Shown piece after piece: positions 52,901-62,309 of a stretch of 64,000 bases of DNA (its first letter is position 1; every line of letters starts with the position of its first letter). The notes under the pieces were generated by a model. That model made no database searches. It saw nothing but the letters and a program-made list of their open reading frames with translations, and was not told the origin of the DNA. The position numbers were made by a program, and so were the translations under genes. The stretch lies in the NCBI GenBank assembly GCA_963848295.1, contig CAWKDB010000010.1, positions 160,001 to 224,000 of the forward strand. The letters are read 5' to 3'. This DNA is from an uncultured delta proteobacterium (GTDB lineage Bacteria > Myxococcota_A > Polyangia > Haliangiales > Haliangiaceae).

Positions 52901-54190
52901 GTGCTCGAGCTGTGGTTCGACTTTTCGTGCCCGTACGCGTATCTCGCGTCGCATCGCGCGGCCGGGCTGGCGCGCGCGGCGGGCGTCGAGCTCGCGTGGA
53001 AGCCGATGCTGCTCGGCGGCGTGTTTCGCGGCATCGGAGCCGGCGATGGCCCGATGGCGACGCTCGGCCCGGCGAAAGCGGCGCACAACCTCGCCGATAT
53101 GCAGCGCTGGGCGGCGCGGTGGAACGTGCCGTTCGCGATGCCGGCCGCCCACCCGATGCGCACGGTGCGAGCGCTGCGCGTGCTGTGCGCGCTGCCCCAC
53201 TCCCGCTGGCCCGACGCGATCGCAGCGCTGTTCGCGGCGTACTGGCAGCGCACCGCCGAGATCACGCGCGACGACGTCATCGCGGCCGCACTCGCCGGTG
53301 CCGCGATCCCCGAGCCCGAGATTCGCGACGCGCTCGCTCGCGCCGACGGCGACGACATCAAGGCCGAGCTGCGCCGGCGCACCGACGAAGCGATCGCGCT
53401 CGGTATCTTCGGCGCACCCGCGTGGGTGATCCGTCGAGCCGGCCAAGCCCCGGTGTTGATCTGGGGACAAGATCGCGAGCCGTGGGTCACCGCCGCGCTC
53501 GCCGGCGTCGAGCTCGACGGTGGCGCCGGCGGCTCGGCGCTGCACCCGGCCCGCCCGACTCGCTCGCCCACGCCGCCGACGACGGCGCGCTCGCTGGAGA
53601 TGTTCTTCGATGTCGCGAGCCCGTACGCGTATCTCGGGCTGACCCAGGTGCCGGCGCTCGTCGCCGAGACCGGAGCGACCCTGCGCCTCCGCCCGATCTT
53701 GCTCGGCGGGTTGTTTCGCGACATCGGCCAGGTCGACGTGCCGCTGGACGCGATGCCGAAGCCGAAGCGCGGCTATGTCGCGCTCGATCTCGCGCGCTGG
53801 GCGCGATGGTGGGGCGTGAAGCTCGACTGGCCGCGCAAGTTCCCGCAGCGCACGATCACCGCGCAGCGGCTGTGCATCGTCGCGCGCGACGCCGGCGACG
53901 ACGTCGCGCTCGGGCTCGCGACCGCGCTCGGTCGCGCGATGTGGAGCGACCAGCGCGACCTCGAGCAGCTCGACACGGTGCGCGCGATCGCCGTCGACGC
54001 GGGCTGTCCGGCCGAATGGGTCGAGCGCACGCACGAGCCCGCGATCAAGGCCGCGTTGATCGCGGAGACCGCGGCGGCGCGAGCGGCGGGCGCGTTCGGC
54101 GTGCCGAGCTGGGTCGTGGGTGGTACCGGCGAGCTACTGTGGGGCCAAGACCGGCTCGACTTCGTCGCCGAAGCGCTCGGACGAAGCTAG
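52901..54190 (+). CDS. Tandem two-domain DsbA/GST-kappa (HCCA isomerase-like) protein
   Basis: Two copies of FD-x2-[CS]PYAY...P-x-LLGG-x-F...G-x-FG-x-P...WGQDR. Confidence 0.88.
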   Translation: MLELWFDFSCPYAYLASHRAAGLARAAGVELAWKPMLLGGVFRGIGAGDGPMATLGPAKAAHNLADMQRWAARWNVPFAMPAAHPMRTVRALRVLCALPHSRWPDAIAALFAAYWQRTAEITRDDVIAAALAGAAIPEPEIRDALARADGDDIKAELRRRTDEAIALGIFGAPAWVIRRAGQAPVLIWGQDREPWVTAALAGVELDGGAGGSALHPARPTRSPTPPTTARSLEMFFDVASPYAYLGLTQVPALVAETGATLRLRPILLGGLFRDIGQVDVPLDAMPKPKRGYVALDLARWARWWGVKLDWPRKFPQRTITAQRLCIVARDAGDDVALGLATALGRAMWSDQRDLEQLDTVRAIAVDAGCPAEWVERTHEPAIKAALIAETAAARAAGAFGVPSWVVGGTGELLWGQDRLDFVAEALGRS

Positions 54191-54195
54191 CGGAC

Positions 54196-54825
54196 ATGAT
54201 CGTCATCACCATCGTCTGCGCGGTCGCGACGTTCGCGTTGATCGCGGCGGAGTGGCGCGGCGCGCGGCGCTGGCGCGCGATCGCGAAGATCACCGCGTCG
54301 GCCGCGTTCGTCGCGACCGGAGTGCTCGCCGCGAACGGGCGCAGCGATGGCTACGCGTGCGCGCTGATCGTCGGGCTCGTCCTGGGAGCGATCGGCGACG
54401 TCGCGCTGCTCGGCGACGGTCAAGGCGCGTTTCTCGCCGGTCTGGGCGCGTTCCTGCTCGGCCACCTCGCGTACGTCATCGCACTCGCGCAGCTGTCGGC
54501 ACCGAGCACGTGGTTTGCGCTCGCGGGCCCGGCGGCCGCGCTGCCGATCGCGATCGGCGCGATCGCCGTCGCCGTGCTGTGGCGCCGGCTCGGCTCGATG
54601 CGGGTGCCCGTGATCCTCTACGTCCTCGCGATCGTGACGATGGTGATCGGCGCCCTCGCGACGCACCGGGCGATCGTCATCGCCGGCGCGGCCCTGTTCT
54701 TCGCGTCCGATCTCTCGGTGGCGCGCGACAAGTTCGTCGGCAAAGCGTTCGCGAACAAGGCGTGGGGGCTGCCGGCGTATTTCGGGGGCCAGCTCCTGCT
54801 CGCATGGTCGCTCGCCGAGCGGTGA
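54196..54825 (+). CDS. YhhN/TMEM86 lysoplasmalogenase family membrane protein
   Basis: GAIGDVALL, FLAGLGAFLLGHLAY, LFFASD. Confidence 0.85.
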   Translation: MIVITIVCAVATFALIAAEWRGARRWRAIAKITASAAFVATGVLAANGRSDGYACALIVGLVLGAIGDVALLGDGQGAFLAGLGAFLLGHLAYVIALAQLSAPSTWFALAGPAAALPIAIGAIAVAVLWRRLGSMRVPVILYVLAIVTMVIGALATHRAIVIAGAALFFASDLSVARDKFVGKAFANKAWGLPAYFGGQLLLAWSLAER

Positions 54826-54841
54826 GGTATCGTCGCGGGTG

Positions 54842-56893
54842 ATGGTCGACGAACCGCTGCTCGCACCCTTCGCCGGATCGCACGGCGGCTTCCCGCGCTT
54901 CGATCTGTTCCATGCCGCAAGGTTCCCCGCGGCGTTCGACACCGCGATGACCCGAAACCGCGCCGAGCTCGCGGCGATCGTGACGAACCAGCACGCGGCG
55001 ACGTTCGACAACACGATCGTCGCGTTCGAGCGCGGCGGGCGAGCGCTCAATCAGGTCAGCACGCTGTTCGGCGTCTATGCGTCGACGCTGAGCGACAAGA
55101 CCGTCCAGCAGCTCGAGCAGGATCTCGGCCCCAAGCTCGCGGCGTACAGCGACGAGGTCATCCAGAACGCGCGCCTGTTCGACCGGATCAAGGCGGTCTA
55201 CGACTCGCGCGCGACGCTGAAGATCACGCCCGAGCAGCTGCGCTTGCTCGAGGTCACGTATCAGAGCTTCGCCCGTCACGGTGCCGGGCTCGACGCCGCC
55301 GGCAAGACGCGGCTGCAGGCGATCAACCAGCGGCTCGCGACCCTGTTCACGACCTTCGCCCAGAACCAGCTCGCCGACGAAGAGTCCGGGGAGCTCGTGC
55401 TCACCGCCGAGACCGATCTCGCCGGCCTGCCTGCATCGGTGCGCGATGCCGCCAAACAAGACGCCGAAACCAAGGGCATGAAGGGCCGTTGGCGGTTCGG
55501 CAACACGCGCTCGGCGATGGAGCCGTTCCTCACGTACTCGGCCCGGCGTGATCTGCGCGAGAAGGCGTTCCGGATGTTCACGTCGCGCGGCGACAACAAC
55601 GACGCGCATGACAACAAGAAGACGATCGTCGAGATCCTCGCCCTGCGCGGCGAACGCGCGAAGCTGCTCGGTTTTCCGAGCCACGCGCACTGGATCATCA
55701 GCGACAACATGGCGAAGACGCCCGACGCCGCGATGGCGTTGATGATGCGCGTGTGGAAGGCCGCGGTCGCGCGCGTCCACGAGGAAGTCGCCGACATGCA
55801 GAAGCTCGCCGATAGCAAGGATCCGCACCACAAGGCGCCGCCGATCGCACCGTGGGACTACCGCTACTACGCCGAGAAAGTGCGCAAAGCGCGGTACGAC
55901 CTCGATCAGGACGACGTCAAGGCGTACCTCCAGCTCGACAAGCTGCGCGAGGCGATGTTCTGGGCATCGGGCCAGCTCTACGGCTTCACGTTCACCCAGG
56001 TCCACGATGTCCCGACGGCGCGTCCCGAGCTCTCGGTGTACGAGGTCACGCGCGGCGGCCATCACCTGGGCCTGTGGTACTTCGATCCCTACGCGCGGCA
56101 GGGCAAGCGCTCCGGCGCGTGGATGAGCGAGTACCGTACCCAGCGCACCGACGACGGCGTCACGCCGCCGATCGTGTCGAACAACGCGAACTTCGTCGGC
56201 GGCAAACCCGGCGAGCCCGTCCTGATCTCGTGGGAAGACGCGGTCACGATGTTCCACGAGTTCGGCCATGCGCTGCACGGCCTCAACTCGAACGTGCACT
56301 ATGCGACGCTCGCCGGCACCAACACCAAGCGCGACTTCGTCGAGTTCCCGAGCCAGCTCAACGAGCACTGGCTGCCGACCAAGGAGGTGCTCGGCAAGTA
56401 CTGCGTCCACTACCAGACCGGCAAGCCGATTCCCGACGAGCTCGTCGCGAAGATCGGCAAGGCGAAGCACTTCAACCAGGGGTTCGCGACGGTCGAGTAT
56501 CTCGCGGGCGCGATCTACGACTTGAAGATCCACCTCGAGCCACCCGGCAAGCCGATCGATCCCGCCGAGTTCGAGAGGCGCACGATGAAGGAGCTCGGCA
56601 TGCCCTCCGAGATCGTGATGCGCCATCGCCCGACCCAGTTCGGCCACATCTTCGCCGACGATGGCTACTCCGCGGGTTACTACGCCTATATCTGGGCGGA
56701 CACGCTGACCGCCGATGCCGCGGAGGTGTTCGCGCAGGCGGGGTACTACGACAAGGCGACCGCGAAGCGGCTGTACGAGTCGATCATGAGCGTCGGTAAC
56801 TCGATCGCCCCGGACGAGGCGTTTCGAAGGTTCCGCGGCCGCGATGTCGATACGAACGCGCTGATGCGCGATCGCGGCTTCCCGACGGCCTAG
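54842..56893 (+). CDS. dcp: M3 metallopeptidase (peptidyl-dipeptidase Dcp-like)
   Basis: KRSGAWM; FHEFGHALH; RDFVEFPSQ; GYSAGYYAYIWA. Confidence 0.88.
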   Translation: MVDEPLLAPFAGSHGGFPRFDLFHAARFPAAFDTAMTRNRAELAAIVTNQHAATFDNTIVAFERGGRALNQVSTLFGVYASTLSDKTVQQLEQDLGPKLAAYSDEVIQNARLFDRIKAVYDSRATLKITPEQLRLLEVTYQSFARHGAGLDAAGKTRLQAINQRLATLFTTFAQNQLADEESGELVLTAETDLAGLPASVRDAAKQDAETKGMKGRWRFGNTRSAMEPFLTYSARRDLREKAFRMFTSRGDNNDAHDNKKTIVEILALRGERAKLLGFPSHAHWIISDNMAKTPDAAMALMMRVWKAAVARVHEEVADMQKLADSKDPHHKAPPIAPWDYRYYAEKVRKARYDLDQDDVKAYLQLDKLREAMFWASGQLYGFTFTQVHDVPTARPELSVYEVTRGGHHLGLWYFDPYARQGKRSGAWMSEYRTQRTDDGVTPPIVSNNANFVGGKPGEPVLISWEDAVTMFHEFGHALHGLNSNVHYATLAGTNTKRDFVEFPSQLNEHWLPTKEVLGKYCVHYQTGKPIPDELVAKIGKAKHFNQGFATVEYLAGAIYDLKIHLEPPGKPIDPAEFERRTMKELGMPSEIVMRHRPTQFGHIFADDGYSAGYYAYIWADTLTADAAEVFAQAGYYDKATAKRLYESIMSVGNSIAPDEAFRRFRGRDVDTNALMRDRGFPTA

Positions 56894-56895
56894 CC

Positions 56896-57054
56896 CTACT
56901 TCTTCTTGCCGCGCTTGGCCCGGCGCGCCTTGCTCCGCGCCTGACCGCGCTTGTGCCACGCCTTCTTGCGCGCCTTCATCTTGCGATCCTTGAGGCGGCG
57001 CTTCTGTTTGAACTTGGGGCGAGACTTGAGCTTGCGCTTCGTACGGAGACCCAT
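56896..57054 (-). CDS. Small ultra-basic protein, 52 aa
   Basis: MGLRTKRKLKSRPKFKQKRRLKDRKMKARKKAWHKRGQARSKARRAKRGKKK; nearly all Lys codons are AAG; fills the gap between dcp and the ECF gene. Confidence 0.75.
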   Translation of the reverse strand: MGLRTKRKLKSRPKFKQKRRLKDRKMKARKKAWHKRGQARSKARRAKRGKKK

Positions 57055-57128
57055 AGGGGCACGTCTATACAACGACCGACGGGGCTGTAACCAGCGGGGG
57101 TGGTCGTCGTATACCAGCCACGGTCTCG

Positions 57129-57704
57129 ATGGCCGATCCCCTGGAGCTCATGCTGCGGTACTGCGATGGCGATGCGCAAGCATTCCGCGAGCTCTACGCG
57201 TTGGTGGCCCCCCGCCTCCTCGGGTACCTGGCGAAGATGACGCGCGACCGCGCCGTCGCGGACGACCTGCTCCAGCAGACGTTCCTCAAGCTCCACCGCG
57301 CGCGCGCCGCGTATGTCCGAGGCGCGGATCCGGTGCCGTGGCTGTACTCGATCGCGCATCGGACGTTTCTCGACGAGGTGCGCAAGCAGAAGCGCGCCGT
57401 CGTGCGTACCGCCGAGGATGACGTGCCCGAGGTTCCGGCGGTGATCACCGGCGAATCGGTCGAACGCCGCGACGAGCCGGCGGATCCCGAGCTCGCACGC
57501 GCCGCGCTCGACGCGCTCGCGCGGTTGCCCGACCAGCAACGAGAGGCGGTCGTGCTGACCAAGCTCGACGGCAAGTCGGTCGCCGAAGCTGCCGCGATCG
57601 CCGGGACGACCGTCGGCGCGATGAAGGTGCGCGCTCATCGCGGCTACGAGGCGCTGCGCAAGTTGTTGCTGCCCTCGGCGCGGCCCCACAAGGTGGCGTC
57701 ATGA
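57129..57704 (+). CDS. ECF RNA polymerase sigma factor
   Basis: [27 protein letters not shown]; region 4 [14 protein letters not shown]. Confidence 0.92.
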   Translation: MADPLELMLRYCDGDAQAFRELYALVAPRLLGYLAKMTRDRAVADDLLQQTFLKLHRARAAYVRGADPVPWLYSIAHRTFLDEVRKQKRAVVRTAEDDVPEVPAVITGESVERRDEPADPELARAALDALARLPDQQREAVVLTKLDGKSVAEAAAIAGTTVGAMKVRAHRGYEALRKLLLPSARPHKVAS

Positions 57705-58402
57705 CGGTCGGCCCCGAGATGCCCGAGCTGGTCGAGCTGAACGGGCTCGCGGCGCCGGTCCCGGCGCCGTTGTCCGCAGCGCTCGAGGCCGAGCTCGGCG
57801 CCCTCGCTCCGGTCGCGCCGCGCCGGCCGCTGCGCCAACTCGCGGTGCTCGCGGTGGCTTCGCTGATCTACGGCGCGGGCCTGATCGCCGCACTCGCCTT
57901 TCGGCGCGACCTCGACGAGCTGCCGACCGCTTGGCTGGTGGGTGCCGGCGGTGTGTGGCTGCTCGGCTTCGCGGTGCCGATCTATCTCGCGCTCGTGCCG
58001 CGGCCGGGCTCCATCGTGCCGCGCGCCCAGCTCGCGTTCGCCGCGGCGATCGTCGTATCGATCGGCTTTGTCGCCATGGGCGTCGCCCTGCACCCGCACG
58101 GGGCGTCCAGCCTCCACTACGGGTGGCCGCACTTCGCCCACGGTTGTTCGTGCCTCGGGATCGGCCTGTTGACCGCGATCGTCCCGGTCGTGGCGGGCGC
58201 GGTGTTCCTGCGCGGCGCGTTGCCGGTCGGCTCGCGCTGGATCGCGGCGGCGCTCGGTGCCGGCGGCGGCTGTCTCGGGGGGCTCGTCCTTCACCTCCAC
58301 TGCCCCATCTCCGATTGGCAGCACGTCGGGTTGATCCACGGTGGCGTCGTCGGTGTCGCCGCGCTGCTGTCGGCCGCGATCGTGCCACGCGTCTCGGCCT
58401 AG
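57701..58402 (+). CDS. NrsF/DUF1109-like membrane anti-sigma factor
   Basis: Coupled to the ECF gene; about 6 TMs; C-terminal LHLHCP...H...H. Confidence 0.8.
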   Translation: MTVGPEMPELVELNGLAAPVPAPLSAALEAELGALAPVAPRRPLRQLAVLAVASLIYGAGLIAALAFRRDLDELPTAWLVGAGGVWLLGFAVPIYLALVPRPGSIVPRAQLAFAAAIVVSIGFVAMGVALHPHGASSLHYGWPHFAHGCSCLGIGLLTAIVPVVAGAVFLRGALPVGSRWIAAALGAGGGCLGGLVLHLHCPISDWQHVGLIHGGVVGVAALLSAAIVPRVSA

Positions 58403-58459
58403 CCCGGCTCGTTCGACCGGTCGTGCTGCCCACGCCTCGCCGGTGATAATCTGTCGACC

Positions 58460-59164
58460 GTGATCGGCCTCGTGCTGTCGTGCGAGCACGCCTCCTGGCG
58501 GCTACCGTCGGACGTCGATCTCGGCGTGCCGCGCGACGTGCTGACCTCGCAGGCGAGCTGGGACCACGGCGCGCTCGAGATCGCGACCGCGCTGTCGGAC
58601 GAGGTCCGCCTGCCCGTTCACACCGGCGCGTTCTCGCGGATGTTCGTCGATCTCAATCGCGCCGCCGATCACCCCGACGTGATTCCGTCGCGGAGCTATG
58701 GCGCCGATGTGCCGGGCAACGTCGCGCTGACCGCTGGCGAACGGGCGGGCCGGCTCGCGCGGTTTCACGCGCCGTATTGGGACGCGATCCGGCGCGATGT
58801 CGCGGCCGGGCTCGCCGATCGAGGCGCGGTGCTCCACCTGTCGTCGCACAGCTTCGCGCCCGAGCTCGATCCGGCGAATCGCGCGTTCGATTGCGGTGTG
58901 CTCTACGATCCGGCGCACGCGTTCGAGGCCGAGCTCGCCGAGCAATTGCTGGCCGCGCTGCGCGGCGCCGGGCTCGAGGCCCGCGCGAACGAGCCGTACA
59001 GCGGGATAGGCCCCGCGGTGTGCACGTCGCTGCGGCGCGAATTCGCGGGCAAGCGCTACGCCGGCATCGAGCTCGAGACCTCGCACGCGGTCACGACCGC
59101 GGATCGCGGTTGCGCGCGCGTCGCGGCGGCGGTCGCGCCGTTCTTAGCCCACGTCGCCGTATGA
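58460..59164 (+). CDS. N-formylglutamate amidohydrolase family protein
   Basis: SCEHAS, WDHGA, SRMFVDLNR, HSF, NEPY, IELE. Confidence 0.85.
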   Translation: MIGLVLSCEHASWRLPSDVDLGVPRDVLTSQASWDHGALEIATALSDEVRLPVHTGAFSRMFVDLNRAADHPDVIPSRSYGADVPGNVALTAGERAGRLARFHAPYWDAIRRDVAAGLADRGAVLHLSSHSFAPELDPANRAFDCGVLYDPAHAFEAELAEQLLAALRGAGLEARANEPYSGIGPAVCTSLRREFAGKRYAGIELETSHAVTTADRGCARVAAAVAPFLAHVAV

Positions 59165-61110
59165 CCGCGCCCGCGAACACGCCGATTCCACGTCCCGACA
59201 CCGTGCCCGGCGAAGCGCGCTGGGATGGCGCGGTGGGCGTCGAGTGGCAGACCGGTCCGGTCGACGGCGACGGCCACAAGCACGGCTTGTTTCGCGGCTG
59301 GTCGCGCGCCGGCGTGCTGCATTCGGAGACGCCGTACGACCACGGGGTGCTGCACGGCAAGCAGCGGCGGTTTCATCCCGACGGCTCGATCGCGCTGGTG
59401 TCCGAATGGGCACGCGGCATCGAGCTCGACACCATCTACTACCGCAACGATACCTCGCATCCGGCTTCGCCCGAGCCGTTCCCCGAGTGCTCCCCCGCCG
59501 TGCGCTCCGCCGGGTTCTATACGCGCGACGGCCGCGCGAACTACACGATCCGCTACTTCCTGCGCGATGGCACCGAGGCCGGGCCCGACGGCCAGCCGGT
59601 TCCGCCGCGACCGCCGAGCGTGCCCGCGAGCGCGCGCTGGTTGCCGGACCTGCGCGCGTGGGTCGACGGCGAGCTCGAGCGCGGCACGAATCGCCGACTC
59701 GGGGTGTGGCGGCGGTGGTCGCGCGCGGGCACGTTCGAGCGCGACGAGCGTTACGACGCGGGCGTGCTGGTCAGCGCGAGCGAGCGCGGCGAGGGCGGCG
59801 CGGTCAGCTTCGAAGCGGTGCGCGACGGCGGCGCGATGCAGTGCACGCTGTTTGCCGGGGGCGCGCGGGTCGCGGCCGGGGCGATCGCCGACGGCTCGCT
59901 CGCGGGCACGTGGCGACTGTTCGGCGAGCCCGACCGCGAGCTCGACGCGACGCCGCATCGCATCGCCCACGACATCACCGGCGTCCGGCTCGAGCGCACG
60001 CTGGCCGACCTGGCGTATCGCGCCGACGAGCCGGCGCTCGAGCTACCGACCGAGATCATCGGCATCGACCGCGAGCCGTGGCATGTCACCGCCGGCTCGC
60101 AGGGCCGCCGCGTCGCCGAGATCCCGCGTCTCGTGCGCGCGCTCGTCGCGGCCGACCCGCGCGTTCGCGACTATGCGCTCGACGCGATCGAAGCGGAGCT
60201 CGATCGCCACGGCGAGGTGTTCCCCGCGACCGCGCTTGCGATCCCGTACCTCGCGCGGCTGCTCGCGCATCCGAACGCCGATGCGAGCGCGCTCGTTCGC
60301 GTCATCCACGTCGCAGCCGAGACCACGACGACCGCCGCCGAGCCCGCGCCCGTGCACGCCGCGGTCAGCGCCGCGATCGCGCTGGCGTGGCCCGCGATCT
60401 GGGCCCGGTTCGCGAGCGCCGGAGGCGACGATCGCCATCGCATCCTCGGCATCGCGCGCGCCGCGCCGAACGCGCGCGCCGACGTGCTCGCGCTGGCGAC
60501 CCACGATCCCGATCCGGTGATGCGCGCGTTCGCGATGACGAGCATCACCGACGGCGACTACCAGCTCGCCGAGGTCAAGCCGTGTCTCGACGATCGCGAC
60601 CCGCTCGTCCGCGCCGCCACCGCGATCGCGATCGGGTGCAGCGCCGGCCCCGAATCGCCGCGCGAGGTCGTCACTGCGCTCGCCGACGCGATCCGCCGCC
60701 ACAAGGAGCTCGCTCCGCGGTTCGCCGCGCTGACCTGGGCCGAGGAGCACGTCCTGGCACAGCTCGCGTTCGCCGCCGGCGCGATCGGCACGTCGGATGC
60801 GCGCTCGCTCGTCCACGCGTTGTGCGCGGTGTTCGGCGAGGTCGACGGTCGCTCGGCGATCACGTTTGCGACCGGGCTGCTCGCGCTCGCGTTCGGCAGC
60901 GGCGAGCGCCCGTTCGCGAAGCGATTCGTCGAGATCCTGCAGACGCTCGCGACGAGCCCGGGGTTCTGGGTCTACGACAACGAGGCGAGCGAGCTGCTCG
61001 GCCGCTGGAACTTGCCGCCCGAACGCAAGCAGCTCGCCGCCTTCGTCACGCGGCTCGGCGCGGCGCGCGATGCCGAGAGCATCGCGTACGCGAAGATGCA
61101 CTCACATTAG
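59161..61110 (+). CDS. MORN-variant (YwqK-like) repeat + HEAT repeat protein
   Basis: HGLFRGW...G-x-LHG...FH-x-DG repeats in the N-terminal half; DPRVRDYAL, DPDPVMRAFA, DRDPLVRAATA in the C-terminal half. Confidence 0.7.
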   Translation: MTAPANTPIPRPDTVPGEARWDGAVGVEWQTGPVDGDGHKHGLFRGWSRAGVLHSETPYDHGVLHGKQRRFHPDGSIALVSEWARGIELDTIYYRNDTSHPASPEPFPECSPAVRSAGFYTRDGRANYTIRYFLRDGTEAGPDGQPVPPRPPSVPASARWLPDLRAWVDGELERGTNRRLGVWRRWSRAGTFERDERYDAGVLVSASERGEGGAVSFEAVRDGGAMQCTLFAGGARVAAGAIADGSLAGTWRLFGEPDRELDATPHRIAHDITGVRLERTLADLAYRADEPALELPTEIIGIDREPWHVTAGSQGRRVAEIPRLVRALVAADPRVRDYALDAIEAELDRHGEVFPATALAIPYLARLLAHPNADASALVRVIHVAAETTTTAAEPAPVHAAVSAAIALAWPAIWARFASAGGDDRHRILGIARAAPNARADVLALATHDPDPVMRAFAMTSITDGDYQLAEVKPCLDDRDPLVRAATAIAIGCSAGPESPREVVTALADAIRRHKELAPRFAALTWAEEHVLAQLAFAAGAIGTSDARSLVHALCAVFGEVDGRSAITFATGLLALAFGSGERPFAKRFVEILQTLATSPGFWVYDNEASELLGRWNLPPERKQLAAFVTRLGAARDAESIAYAKMHSH

Positions 61111-61629
61111 CTGCAGGTCGACGCGGCGATCTCGGCGCCAGCCGGCGTCGTCGGTGCCGGTCGCATCCAGCGCGCCCCGGGTCGTCTCGGCGAGCTGGGG
61201 CGTGCCCACGCCGAGCCGCTGCAAGTACGTCTCGACGTTGTGAGCGCGGCGATCGCCGAGTGACAGGTTGTACTCCTCGGTGCCGCGCGGATCGGCGCGA
61301 CCCACGAGCTGGAGCTTGCGACCCTTGAGCGGCCCGGTCGTCACGCACCGCGCGATCTGATTCAGGACGTCGCGATCGCTCGTCGTCAGCTCGGCTTGAT
61401 TGAAGTCGAACTTCGGCGTCTGCTGCTCGCTCGACACCGTGAGCTGGCACTGCTTGACGAGCTCGTCGGACGCGCTGACGTTCGTGCTGACCGGCGTGCC
61501 AGGCGCGGGCTTCGCGTCCGAGCTCGCGACCGGCGGTGTGCTCTCGACCGGCCCGACCGGCGCCTTGGCGTGGTGGCATGCCGCGAGCGCACACGCCGCG
61601 AGGACGCCGACAACTAGCTGAAATCGCAT
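61102..61629 (-). CDS. OmpA/Pal-like peptidoglycan-binding lipoprotein
   Basis: Lipobox LAAC; FDFNQAEL; GRADPRGTEEYNLSLGDRRA; DRRVD. Confidence 0.9.
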   Translation of the reverse strand: MRFQLVVGVLAACALAACHHAKAPVGPVESTPPVASSDAKPAPGTPVSTNVSASDELVKQCQLTVSSEQQTPKFDFNQAELTTSDRDVLNQIARCVTTGPLKGRKLQLVGRADPRGTEEYNLSLGDRRAHNVETYLQRLGVGTPQLAETTRGALDATGTDDAGWRRDRRVDLQLM

Positions 61630-61736
61630 ATCGTCTCCCTTGCTGTTCTAACGGTTCGTACCCGGGATGACGGAGCCCCAAGCGAGGTGTTCACGAACGC
61701 ACGGCGATTTCTGCCGTCGTATGCTTCGTGCTGGCG

Positions 61737-62309
61737 ATGGTTCGCGTCGACGACTCGGATAGCGAGATGGCCGTTCAATTCGAGCGGATCGTCCGGCGCG
61801 TCAAACGCTCGATGAGCTACCGCGGCTCCTACAGTACGAACGACATCTTGTCGTCGCTCGTGATGCGCTGGGTCCAGAGCGGCGAATGGGAGCGGTTGCG
61901 CGAGCTGCCGGCCGAACAGCGCCACATCGGCCAGAGCGTGCGCCGGTTCATCCTCGATCGGCTCGACCAACTCCGCCGCCGTGGCCAGCGCGAAGACGTC
62001 GCCGACGATCTCGTCATGCCCGATGACGCCACGCTCGCCGAGATGATCGAGCTCGCCGAGCTCCGCGAGTGGATCGCGGCGCGCGTCGTCGAGCTCGAGC
62101 AAGGCATCACCGATCCGCGCGTCAAGATCCCGGTCGCGGTACCGCGCGAGCTCGGCAAGACCTTGCGCTTGCACCTCGAGGGCAGCACTCAGCGCCAGAT
62201 CGCGATGACGCTCGGCATGTCCCTCGGCGCGGTCAACAAACGAATCGCCGAAGGCACGAGCTATCTCGTCGTGCTGCAGAGCATCGACGCCGGGGTCGCG
62301 ACCTCGTGA
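61737..62309 (+). CDS. Divergent ECF-like sigma factor / HTH protein
   Basis: C-terminal region-4-like LHLEGSTQRQIAMTLGMSLGAVNKRI; weak region-2-like ILDRLDQLRRR; coupled to the kinase. Confidence 0.6.
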   Translation: MVRVDDSDSEMAVQFERIVRRVKRSMSYRGSYSTNDILSSLVMRWVQSGEWERLRELPAEQRHIGQSVRRFILDRLDQLRRRGQREDVADDLVMPDDATLAEMIELAELREWIAARVVELEQGITDPRVKIPVAVPRELGKTLRLHLEGSTQRQIAMTLGMSLGAVNKRIAEGTSYLVVLQSIDAGVATS

